Assembly: GCA_964385255.1 (NCBI GenBank)
Contig: CAYLOH010000004.1
Span: 15,060-79,059, forward strand
Reading direction: 5' to 3'
From: an uncultured Rubrivirga sp.
Lineage (GTDB): Bacteria > Actinomycetota > Actinomycetes > S36-B12
Length of the DNA: 64,000 nt
Below are positions 50,285-58,977 of the stretch, piece after piece (position 1 is the stretch's first letter; each line of letters opens with the position of its first letter). The position numbers and the translations under genes were made by a program. The notes beneath the pieces are model-generated. The model was given only the letters and a program-made list of their open reading frames with translations. It did no database searches and was not told the DNA's origin.

Positions 50285-51126
50285 GTCCGCAACAACCGAC
50301 CAACAACGACTGGGAGAGCCCCGGCTTCTGGCCCCACCTGGGTTTGTCGGGGCTCCCCAAGGGCGTTATCGAGCGCATCACCGACTTCAACAATCCGAAG
50401 CAAGAGTGGCGTCGGTTGTTCTCGGAGGTCATGGGCACCTTCCTGCTCCTGTTGGTTGCTGCGGGAGCAGGAATGATGAACGCCGCCTTCGGAGACCCGA
50501 TCTCGCGGACTGCGGCTGTCGTCGCACCAGGGCTCATGGTCATGGCGATGATCTTGTTCATGGGCCGGGTGTCGGGAGCCCACTTCAACCCAGCCGTGAG
50601 TATTGCGTTCGCGTTGCGTGGTGACTTCCCATGGCGACGGGTTCCCGGTTACATCGTCGCCCAGTTCGTCGGTGCGGTTCTGGCCGTCCTGTTCCTGCAG
50701 GCGGTCGTTGGCGCGTCGGCGTCGAATGGTGGGACCTATCCGGCGCAGTCCACCACCGACTTCGCAGCCTTCCTCATGGAAGTCGTGCTCACGTTCGGTC
50801 TGGTTAGCGTGATCCTCGGGACTGCATCCGGAGCTCAGAACATCGGCATCATCGGTGCCTTGGGGGTGGGTGGCTACATAGCCCTCGCCGGGTTGTGGGC
50901 AAGTCCGCTGTCGGGTGCGTCGATGAACCCCATCCGATCCTTCGCACCTGACCTCGTCGCGAATAACTTCACCGCGTATTGGGTTTACCTCGCTGGTCCG
51001 CTCCTCGGCGCAGCGCTCGCGGTCGTCGCTGCGGGTCTTTTGCGGGGTCGTGGCGGGGGCTTGGCGGGTTCGCAGGCGGCGCAGGGTGCGTTGTTCACCG
51101 AGCCGAAGCGCCCTGAGAAGGCCTAA
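50281..51126 (+). CDS. MIP-family channel (aquaporin)
   Basis: Motifs SGAHFNPAVS, YIVAQFVGA and SGASMNPIRSFAP; ATGA overlap with the phosphoesterase. Confidence 0.92.
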   Translation: MSPQQPTNNDWESPGFWPHLGLSGLPKGVIERITDFNNPKQEWRRLFSEVMGTFLLLLVAAGAGMMNAAFGDPISRTAAVVAPGLMVMAMILFMGRVSGAHFNPAVSIAFALRGDFPWRRVPGYIVAQFVGAVLAVLFLQAVVGASASNGGTYPAQSTTDFAAFLMEVVLTFGLVSVILGTASGAQNIGIIGALGVGGYIALAGLWASPLSGASMNPIRSFAPDLVANNFTAYWVYLAGPLLGAALAVVAAGLLRGRGGGLAGSQAAQGALFTEPKRPEKA

Positions 51127-51190
51127 TCAAGGGGCGACGACAACCAGGGTTGCGTTCCCAAGCGTGGTTTCCCTGCGAAGGCGTGGGCGC

Positions 51191-52288
51191 TCAGCCTCGC
51201 GACAGTCGAAGACTGAGGATGCGGTCATCACGCGGCCCAGGCTCTCCGCGGCCGTCGGTGTTGTTCGTCAGCAGCCACAGGCGACCGTCGGGGGCGATCT
51301 CGACCGTTCTCAGTCGGCTGCGCTCACCGATGGGAACGGCTACGGGTTTGCCCGCACGAGTGCCCCGTAGCGGAACCCGCCACAGCACCTCACCGCGAAG
51401 GCTCGCGACGTAGGCGTCGCCTGCGTGAATCGTCATCCCACTGGGGGATGCCGTTGACGTGGGTGACCAGGTGACCTTCGGATTGGTGAAACGGCGATCG
51501 GAACTTCGCCCTTCCGCGATCGGCCAGCCGTAGTTGCGCCCAGGAAGCAGCAGGTTGAGTTCGTCGGCCTTCGATGTGCCGAACTCGGTAGCCCAGATGC
51601 GATTCGCATCGTCAACAGCCAACCCCTGCACGTTGCGATGTCCGAGCGTGAAGACTGGCGAATCGGGAAACGGATTTCCCGCCGCCGGTTTGCCGTCGAA
51701 GTCCACCTTCAACACCTTGCCGGCGAGGCTCTCGCGGTCTTGGCTGAGTTCGGGAATACCCGCGTCACCCGTGGCCACGTACAACGTGTCGTCGTGGACG
51801 AGGAGTCGACCACCGTTGTGGAAACTGGCCTTGGGGATTCCCGTCACGATGGGGGTCTGTTCACCGAGGCGACTGCCGTCCCATGCGATTTTCACCACTC
51901 GGTTATCACGGCGGCCGGTGTAGTAGGCGAATATGAAGTCGGGCTGCTGTCCTTCGGTCGTGGGAGGAACGGCGATACCGAGCAAGCCACCCTCGCCACC
52001 GGACACGACGCCACGAACCTCACCCACGACCGGCGCATTGGACAGGGTGGATGCCGGAAGCCCGTCTGCTGCGGCGGGCACACGGCGGATCAGCGCGGTG
52101 TCGCGTTCGGAGACGAGTGCGGACCCGTCAGGAAGAAAGGCGATTCCCCATGGGCTCGTCAGGTCCTGAGTGATCGTTTGCGAAGACGTGACCCGCAAGG
52201 CCGACGTCGCCCAGCCAGGGGAGATGACTACCCCGGAGGCGATGAGCGCCACGGCCAGCGATGTCGTCAGGGTCTGTGTCAGTCGCAC
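51191..52288 (-). CDS. Secreted PQQ-dependent sugar dehydrogenase (glucose/sorbosone family)
   Basis: Signal peptide; motifs PWGIAFLPDG, GEGGLLG, HNGGR, GHRNVQG, NYGWP and SPSG. Confidence 0.9.
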   Translation of the reverse strand: MRLTQTLTTSLAVALIASGVVISPGWATSALRVTSSQTITQDLTSPWGIAFLPDGSALVSERDTALIRRVPAAADGLPASTLSNAPVVGEVRGVVSGGEGGLLGIAVPPTTEGQQPDFIFAYYTGRRDNRVVKIAWDGSRLGEQTPIVTGIPKASFHNGGRLLVHDDTLYVATGDAGIPELSQDRESLAGKVLKVDFDGKPAAGNPFPDSPVFTLGHRNVQGLAVDDANRIWATEFGTSKADELNLLLPGRNYGWPIAEGRSSDRRFTNPKVTWSPTSTASPSGMTIHAGDAYVASLRGEVLWRVPLRGTRAGKPVAVPIGERSRLRTVEIAPDGRLWLLTNNTDGRGEPGPRDDRILSLRLSRG

Positions 52289-52330
52289 GCTTCCAGTATG
52301 CGTCAGATCGCCAGTCTTGGCACCCGTGGG

Positions 52331-54262
52331 CTAGAGCCCTGCGCTTTGCTTGATCAGGTTGGCGAAGGCCGCCGCGCCTTGGCGAGTGAGGTGCACTCCG
52401 TCCGAGACGAAGAATTCACGCTGACCGTCGGCAGCCTTGTTCCAGTCCGCAACGACCACGTTGGGATAGTCCGGAGCGACATCGTCGATGATCGCATTGT
52501 TCGGCTTCTCCCACGATCGAGGGACCGATGCGTTGACGAGTACCACGCGTTCATAGTCGGCAAGAGGTTCGAGAGTGTTGCGCAGTATCTCCTCGGTCAA
52601 GACCCCATTCGTGGCCAGATGCAGGACGACGATGTTGGCGAGGTTGTCGCGTCGGTCGAGCTTCTTCACCCGCCCCGTGAACGCTCCCGGCATCCTCGAG
52701 ACTTCGGCATCCACCTTCGCTCCCGGGATCGCGGCTGTGATGGTTTTGCGTGCTCCCAGCACGACGGAATCTCCGAGCACGCTCACCGAGCCGTTCTCGG
52801 CTCGAATCTCCTCAATAGGTCGCTCAACGACCGGCAACACCTCGGGTGAATCGGCGGTCCCCATCGTGTCCGCGACTATCGGTTCTCCGGCCTCGGGGGC
52901 GTCGTCGATCGACACGACCTCCGGTCCGCCGTCGGCGATTCCCATGGCCTCGGCAACGTCCGCGGGAATCGCATCGCGACCCTCTCCGGGAGTGACGATC
53001 AAGGCGATCGCGACGACCGCGGCCACGATCGCGGTTAGCGTTGCAGCCGCCAGGGTGACGATCTGCTGAATTCCACGATTCGCTCCGGAGCGAACGGCGT
53101 GCCACGCGCTCCCCAGGGCGCCCCTCCTGATCGGCATCTCCACGAGCTGATAACTGATCTCGGCTATCGCCAGCGTCACGGCTATGCGAACAACGAATGC
53201 CACGGGTTCGCTCCACGGCACATCGATCCCTGGTCGGGTCACCATGAAGATCGGCCAGTGCCATAGGTAGATGCCGTAGGAGCGGCGCCCCAGATAGCGC
53301 AGCACACCGACTCCGAGGAGTGCACCAAGGGGTGAGGCCGGGTGGGTGGCCGCTGCGATCAGGACGGCCGTGAAGATGGACAAGGCCAGGAAGCCTCCCC
53401 GGTACAGCCACGGTGTGAATTCACCGACGAACAGGTAGAAGCCGGCGATCGTCGCGATCATCGCGATGCCTATTCCCGTGACCAAGGCTTGCGCCGATCG
53501 CGGAATCGTGGTGCTGAGTCGACCCGGTCGCCAGATCGTGGCCAGTGCTGCTCCGACGAGCAGCCCCATGATGTGGGAGTCGGTGCCGAAGTAGGCGCGA
53601 CTGGGGTCGGCGTCCAGTGGATAGCCGCCGCGAATGGCCAGGTATGCCATCCATGCGGTCGACAAAAGTGCGATCACGATCGCAACGCGTCTCACCAGTG
53701 GTCTGCCGCCTCGGCGCACGAGGACGAGCGCGACCGCGGGCCAGATCAGATAGAACTGCTCCTCCACCGAGAGCGACCACAAGTGCTTGAGCAGTGGCGG
53801 CCGACCCATGGATTCGAAATAGGACTGATCGACGACGATGTACCACCAGTTATTGAGGTACAGAAGGGTGGCGAGGGCGTCCTCGCGGAATGCACTGAGC
53901 GCGTCCCGATAGAACAGCAGCACGGCGATGCCGACTGCGATGAGCATGATGAAGACCGCCGGCAGTAGGCGCCGGGCGCGCCGGATGTAGAAACGGCGAA
54001 AGTCCACGCGTCCCGAACGGTCGTACTCCTCGAGGATCAAGGACGTGATCAGGAAGCCACTGAGGACGAAGAAGACATCGACCCCCAGGAATCCGCCCGG
54101 GACCCAGTCCACGCCGGAGTGGTAGAGCAGTACCCCGATGATGGCCAGCGCTCGCAGACCGTCGAGCCCGGGCAGGTAGCCCATCTCGCCCGCGCTTCTG
54201 CCTCGATCGAGATTCCAGGGCATGCGAGCATCGACCGGGGAGCTTTCGGTCGGCGCGCTCAC
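52331..54262 (-). CDS. OatA/OafA-like O-acyltransferase (Acyltransferase_3 plus SGNH)
   Basis: Motifs GLDGLRALA, GVDVFFVLSGFLIT, HLWSLSVEEQFY and SYGIYLWHWP; SGNH motifs GDSV and DGVH. Confidence 0.9.
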   Translation of the reverse strand: MSAPTESSPVDARMPWNLDRGRSAGEMGYLPGLDGLRALAIIGVLLYHSGVDWVPGGFLGVDVFFVLSGFLITSLILEEYDRSGRVDFRRFYIRRARRLLPAVFIMLIAVGIAVLLFYRDALSAFREDALATLLYLNNWWYIVVDQSYFESMGRPPLLKHLWSLSVEEQFYLIWPAVALVLVRRGGRPLVRRVAIVIALLSTAWMAYLAIRGGYPLDADPSRAYFGTDSHIMGLLVGAALATIWRPGRLSTTIPRSAQALVTGIGIAMIATIAGFYLFVGEFTPWLYRGGFLALSIFTAVLIAAATHPASPLGALLGVGVLRYLGRRSYGIYLWHWPIFMVTRPGIDVPWSEPVAFVVRIAVTLAIAEISYQLVEMPIRRGALGSAWHAVRSGANRGIQQIVTLAAATLTAIVAAVVAIALIVTPGEGRDAIPADVAEAMGIADGGPEVVSIDDAPEAGEPIVADTMGTADSPEVLPVVERPIEEIRAENGSVSVLGDSVVLGARKTITAAIPGAKVDAEVSRMPGAFTGRVKKLDRRDNLANIVVLHLATNGVLTEEILRNTLEPLADYERVVLVNASVPRSWEKPNNAIIDDVAPDYPNVVVADWNKAADGQREFFVSDGVHLTRQGAAAFANLIKQSAGL

Positions 54263-54300
54263 CGGTTCATGCTAGGTGAATGCAGGTGGACGAGGGGTTA

Positions 54301-55653
54301 TCAGGAATCGCGAAACAGGTTAAGTCGATCCGCGACTTTCGCCCGAAGGGTGGGATCGGTTATCCCCATTCCTTCTGCGGGCGCCAGGCACAAAACCGCG
54401 ACCTTGCCTTGATGCATATTGCGATGCACCTCCCACGCCGCTTGACCGGTCTGCTCGAGAGGTAGCACCTTGGACACGGTGGGATGGATCATTCCCTTCG
54501 CGACGAGTCTGTTCGCCTCGTAGGCCTCTCGGTAGTTTGCGAAGTGGCTACCAACGATGCGTTTGAGGTTGTTCCACAGGTATCGGTTGTCGTACTCGTG
54601 CATGAATCCCGAAGTGGAGGCGCAGGTGACGATGGTGCCGCCTTTGCGGGTGACGTAGACGCTGGCGCCGAACGTCTCGCGCCCAGGGTGCTCGAAGACT
54701 ATGTCGACGTCGTCACCACCGGTGAGCTCTCGTATCTTCTTGCCGAAACGCTGCCACTCCTTCGGATCCTGCGTGGTCTGGTCTTTCCAGAATCGATAGC
54801 CCTCGGCGGATCGGTCGATCACTAAATCAGCGCCCATGGAACGGACGATGTTCGCCTTCTGCTCGCTGGACACAACGCACACGGGAATCGCGCCGCCGTT
54901 GAGTGCGAGTTGGGTCGCATAGGAACCGAGTCCACCGGAAGCTCCCCAAATCAATACGACGTCGCCTTGTTTCATCGCACCACCGTTGTGAGAAACGAGT
55001 TGCCGGTAGGCCGTGGAGTTCACCAACCCCGGGGCTGCTGCCTCCTCCCATGAGAGGTGCTCGGGCTTGGGCAGGAGTTGATTGGCCTTGACGACCGCGA
55101 GTTGGGCGAGGCCGCCGAAATTGGTCTCGTATCCCCAGATTCGCTGATCGGGATCCAGCATGGTGTCGTCGTGGCCCAGCGGGGATTCGAGCTCCACGGA
55201 CAGGCAGTGCGCGACGACCCGATCACCGGGCTTCCACGAATGGACTCCCGGTCCGGTGCGCAGCACCACACCCGAGGCATCCGACCCGATGACGTGGTAA
55301 TCGAGTGCGTGACGCTGCGCGTCGGGATTGGTTCTTGCGTATCTGTCCAGGTGGCCGAAGGCCGATATGGGTTCGAAGATCGACGACCAGACGGTGTTGT
55401 AGTTCATGCTGGAGGCCATGACGGCGATGAGTGCCTCTCCGGGCGCCAACTCGGGCGTGGGAACCGTCTCGATGTGAATCGATTCGCGTGGATCCTTATC
55501 TGCAGACGATCGCCCGTCGAACATCCGCTCATCCGCGCGGTGGAGTGTGGCTGCTCGATAGTCGTGAGGAATCGGTACCGCACCGATCGAGGAATCCCGT
55601 GCTTCGATCGCTTGGACGAGCTGGTCGAAAGCGGCGGTCATTCGCTCATTCAA
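54301..55653 (-). CDS. ccr: Crotonyl-CoA carboxylase/reductase
   Basis: Motifs SSMNYNTVW, GSDASG, WGYETNFGG, WGASGGLG, FEHPG and GSHFAN; start is TTG 55653 or ATG 55641. Confidence 0.94.
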   Translation of the reverse strand: MNERMTAAFDQLVQAIEARDSSIGAVPIPHDYRAATLHRADERMFDGRSSADKDPRESIHIETVPTPELAPGEALIAVMASSMNYNTVWSSIFEPISAFGHLDRYARTNPDAQRHALDYHVIGSDASGVVLRTGPGVHSWKPGDRVVAHCLSVELESPLGHDDTMLDPDQRIWGYETNFGGLAQLAVVKANQLLPKPEHLSWEEAAAPGLVNSTAYRQLVSHNGGAMKQGDVVLIWGASGGLGSYATQLALNGGAIPVCVVSSEQKANIVRSMGADLVIDRSAEGYRFWKDQTTQDPKEWQRFGKKIRELTGGDDVDIVFEHPGRETFGASVYVTRKGGTIVTCASTSGFMHEYDNRYLWNNLKRIVGSHFANYREAYEANRLVAKGMIHPTVSKVLPLEQTGQAAWEVHRNMHQGKVAVLCLAPAEGMGITDPTLRAKVADRLNLFRDS

Positions 55654-55659
55654 CCGAAG

Positions 55660-55911
55660 CTAGGAAGCGAGCGGAAGCAAACCGGTATTCCAGGCCGCGA
55701 TCAGTCCTACGACTCCAACCGTTGCGGCCAGCACCGTGCGGCGTGCGCGCCGCCACGCCCACACAGACACGACGGCGACGGCTGCGCCGAGCAGAGCCCA
55801 CGACCAGGGAGAACCTCCCGACAAGGCGCTCGGAATCGCGCTCAGGTCGGGCAGGGGTGGCACCGCGATGGGCCAATCGATAGGAACATCGAAGGGTAGC
55901 TGGGGAAGCAT
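55660..55911 (-). CDS. Small hypothetical membrane protein
   Basis: ATG with GGAG upstream; Pro-rich N-terminus plus two TM helices; fills the mce-ccr gap. Confidence 0.55.
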   Translation of the reverse strand: MLPQLPFDVPIDWPIAVPPLPDLSAIPSALSGGSPWSWALLGAAVAVVSVWAWRRARRTVLAATVGVVGLIAAWNTGLLPLAS

Positions 55912-55959
55912 GCTCCGATTGTGGGGGAGGACCGTGCTGGTTCGTGGGCGACGCGCCCG

Positions 55960-56400
55960 CTAGTGGCCTCTGGCTTGGTGGTGTTCCGTGTGTTGAACGA
56001 GCTCGATGAGCACCCCACCTGTGTCCTTCGGATGGGTGAAATTGATCAAGGAACCGCCCGTTCCGACCCGCGGCTCGTCGTACAGCAATCGCACGCCGGC
56101 CGACCGCAGGTGCGCGCTCACCTCGTCTATGTCGGTCACGGTGTACGCCATCTGCTGGATCCCAGGACCGTTGCGATCCAAGAACCGCCCGATGGGGGAG
56201 TCCGATGACAACGGGGCGAGCAACTGGATGTACGTCCCCGACTGCCCCACCTCGAGCATGGCCTCGCGAACACCTTGTTCCTCGTTCACTTCTTCGTGGG
56301 CCACGGCCATGCCGAATGCGCGTGCGTAGAAGTCGATGGCCTGATCAAGATCGGAAACGGCGATTCCCACGTGATCGATGCGCGACACCCACGGCTTCAC
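55960..56400 (-). CDS. mce: Methylmalonyl/ethylmalonyl-CoA epimerase
   Basis: Motifs IDHVGIAV, EEQGVREAM, GPGIQQMAY and HPKDTGGVLIELV. Confidence 0.93.
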   Translation of the reverse strand: MKPWVSRIDHVGIAVSDLDQAIDFYARAFGMAVAHEEVNEEQGVREAMLEVGQSGTYIQLLAPLSSDSPIGRFLDRNGPGIQQMAYTVTDIDEVSAHLRSAGVRLLYDEPRVGTGGSLINFTHPKDTGGVLIELVQHTEHHQARGH

Positions 56401-56515
56401 GGCAACTATGGTGTCACCCGATGACGGTGCGACGCCGAGCGGGTGCACCGATGACAGGAGACGGTGATCGCATGAGCTTTCACAACGGGTCGGGGCTCCT
56501 CGAGGTTTGTGCTGC

Positions 56516-57508
56516 ATGATGGATCACGCTCGTGAACCGGGAGTCGACGCTCTGGTTGAGGGTGTTCGGGCACGGAGAGTGCGAGACGTCGCGCGTGCCA
56601 TCACGATGGTGGAGAACCGGAGTGCGGCCGGACGCGATCTCATGGACGCGCTCGCCGCTCAGGAGACGGCCGCGCGGCGTGGGCGCACCATCGGTTTGAC
56701 GGGCGCACCGGGAGTCGGCAAGTCCACGATGACAGCTGCACTGATCGCCGCCTACCGTGAGTCGGGTCTTTCTGTGGGTGTGTTGGCCGTCGATCCTTCG
56801 TCGCCCTTCTCTGGCGGCGCACTCCTTGGGGATCGCATTCGAATGCAATCCCATTCCGGCGATCCGGACGTCTTCATTCGATCTATGGCCTCCCGTGGTC
56901 ACCTTGGTGGCTTGGCCGCCACCGCTGGACAAGTCCTGCGTGTCTACGACGCCGCCGGTTTCGATGTTGTGCTGATCGAAACGGTCGGAGTCGGCCAATC
57001 GGAGGTCGAGATCGCTGCGGCGGCCGACACCACGGTCGTGCTCGTCGCCCCGGGCATGGGTGACGGGATTCAAGCCGCCAAGGCCGGCATCTTGGAGATT
57101 GGCGACGTGTTCGTCGTCAACAAGGCCGATCGGGAGGGAGCTCAGACGACCGCTCGCGACCTGCGCCAGATGATCGCGTTGGCGACGGATGATGGCGATG
57201 ACGTCTGGAAGCCGCTGGTCGCCCTATCCGTGGCCAGTACAGGGGAAGGCGTACCGGACGTAGTCGCGGCAATCGACGCGCACTACTCCTGGGCGCGCGA
57301 TCACGGTGAACTCGAACGGCGCCGGATCAAGCGGGCACGTGAGGAGATCATGTCGGATCTCACGGGCATGGTGCGGGCGATCGCGAACCAGGGACCATCG
57401 GCGGGGGAGATGGATCAGGCCGCGACAAGCGTTGCTCAGGGTCATCTGACGGTGCACGCCGCCGCTGAACGGGTATGGCGGGTCTTGCGTGATCCAGACG
57501 TGGTTTAG
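56516..57508 (+). CDS. meaB: B12-mutase-associated GTPase chaperone MeaB
   Basis: Motifs GAPGVGKST, VDPSSPFSGGALLGDRIRM, ETVGVGQSE and NKAD. Confidence 0.95.
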   Translation: MMDHAREPGVDALVEGVRARRVRDVARAITMVENRSAAGRDLMDALAAQETAARRGRTIGLTGAPGVGKSTMTAALIAAYRESGLSVGVLAVDPSSPFSGGALLGDRIRMQSHSGDPDVFIRSMASRGHLGGLAATAGQVLRVYDAAGFDVVLIETVGVGQSEVEIAAAADTTVVLVAPGMGDGIQAAKAGILEIGDVFVVNKADREGAQTTARDLRQMIALATDDGDDVWKPLVALSVASTGEGVPDVVAAIDAHYSWARDHGELERRRIKRAREEIMSDLTGMVRAIANQGPSAGEMDQAATSVAQGHLTVHAAAERVWRVLRDPDVV

Positions 57509-57972
57509 CGGCGACGCCAGGCGTCTGGTTCGTCCAAGTAGGCGCGTACCCGTTCGGGAAGTGTCCCCGATCTGACATCGTCGATGGTCGTGTGTTCGAG
57601 CACGTCGCGCATCGCCGAGCGCAGAGCCACCCACACCTCGCGTAGGTGATCGGCGCCCCCTGCGTAGTGGACGTCCTCGGGACGAAGATCGCGAACGGCT
57701 GCGAGCGGCCCGTCCAGGGCGCGGACGATATCGGCGATGGTGATCGTGGATGGGTCCTTGTCCAGCCGGTACCCACCCTCGGCGCCCCGTTGGCTCGCCA
57801 CGAGTCCGGCTTGACGCAGGTGCCGAAGGATCCCCTCGAGGAACTTCGCGGGAATGCCTTGGGCCGCCGCAAGCTCCTCGCCTTTGGTGAGGTGGTGCGG
57901 GTCGAGTCTCCACGCGGCTGCTAGTTCGACCATGGCGCGAGTGCCGTAATCGACGCGGGCAGACACATGCAT
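57505..57972 (-). CDS. Rrf2-family transcriptional regulator (no cysteines)
   Basis: Motifs SARVDY, IPAKFLEGIL, SQRGAEGGYRL and ITIADIVRALDGPL. Confidence 0.9.
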   Translation of the reverse strand: MHVSARVDYGTRAMVELAAAWRLDPHHLTKGEELAAAQGIPAKFLEGILRHLRQAGLVASQRGAEGGYRLDKDPSTITIADIVRALDGPLAAVRDLRPEDVHYAGGADHLREVWVALRSAMRDVLEHTTIDDVRSGTLPERVRAYLDEPDAWRRR

Positions 57973-58059
57973 GACCCCATTCTGACGGGAACTTGTGTCG
58001 GGAGCGGACGGCGGGAGTGGGCCTGAGTCGGCGCTCGAGGGGTGCGCCAGAATGGGGGC

Positions 58060-58974
58060 GTGAGCAAGCCGAACTTCGCGGGGGCAGTCGACCTGGGCGC
58101 GCTGGCAGCCCAGAAGGAACAACGGCGCAAGACCGAAGCGGCGCTGGCCGGCGCACCGGACGGGGTGATCGTCGACGTCACCACGTCGACATTCCAGGCG
58201 GAGGTCCTCGACCGCTCGATGACCGTGCCGGTGATTGTCGACCTATGGGCGACATGGTGCGGTCCGTGCAAACAGTTGTCACCCGTTCTCGAGCGTCTCG
58301 CGGCCGAGTACGGCGGTCGCTTGGTGCTCGCGAAGGTCGACGTGGATGCCGAACAGCAGATCGCCGCAGCCTTCCAGGTGCAATCGATCCCGTCGGTCTT
58401 CGCGGTGCTCGCAGGACAGGTCATTCCGTTGTTCCAAGGAGCGTTACCGGAGCAACAGATACGGCCGGCCTTGGACAAGCTCCTCGAGGTGGCAGCCAGT
58501 CAGGGCATTAACGGAAACGTGCAAGGTGACGTCGAGGCCACTGAGCCAGTCGAGGAACCCGCGGGCGATCCACGATTCGACGCCGCTGCCCAAGCCATCG
58601 AATCCGGAGATTGGGTCGCGGCACGTCAGGCGTACGCGCGCATTCTCGACGAGACTCCGTCGGACGCCGACGCGGTGGCTGGATTGGCGATGGTGGACCT
58701 ATTCGAACGGACCGAGGGCGTCGATCACGCGAGCGCCTTGGATGCGGCAGCCTCGATGACAGGTGATGTGGCGGTCCAGTTGACGGCTGCGGACGTCGAG
58801 GCTCTGAGCGGCGACTGGGCCGGGTGTTTTGCTCGTCTGGTGGCCCTCATTCGGGTGACCTCCGGCGATGAGAGGGACCTGGTACGCAACCGGCTGGTCG
58901 AACTGTTTACCTTGGCCGGCGATGACCCGGCCGTGGGTCCGGCGCGCGTCGCACTCGCCAACGCGCTCTTCTAA
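58060..58974 (+). CDS. ybbN: Thioredoxin-TPR co-chaperone (YbbN/CnoX family)
   Basis: GAVDL N-terminus, WATWCGPCKQL, TPR region, ends LANALF. Confidence 0.9.
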   Translation: MSKPNFAGAVDLGALAAQKEQRRKTEAALAGAPDGVIVDVTTSTFQAEVLDRSMTVPVIVDLWATWCGPCKQLSPVLERLAAEYGGRLVLAKVDVDAEQQIAAAFQVQSIPSVFAVLAGQVIPLFQGALPEQQIRPALDKLLEVAASQGINGNVQGDVEATEPVEEPAGDPRFDAAAQAIESGDWVAARQAYARILDETPSDADAVAGLAMVDLFERTEGVDHASALDAAASMTGDVAVQLTAADVEALSGDWAGCFARLVALIRVTSGDERDLVRNRLVELFTLAGDDPAVGPARVALANALF

Positions 58975-58977
58975 CTT

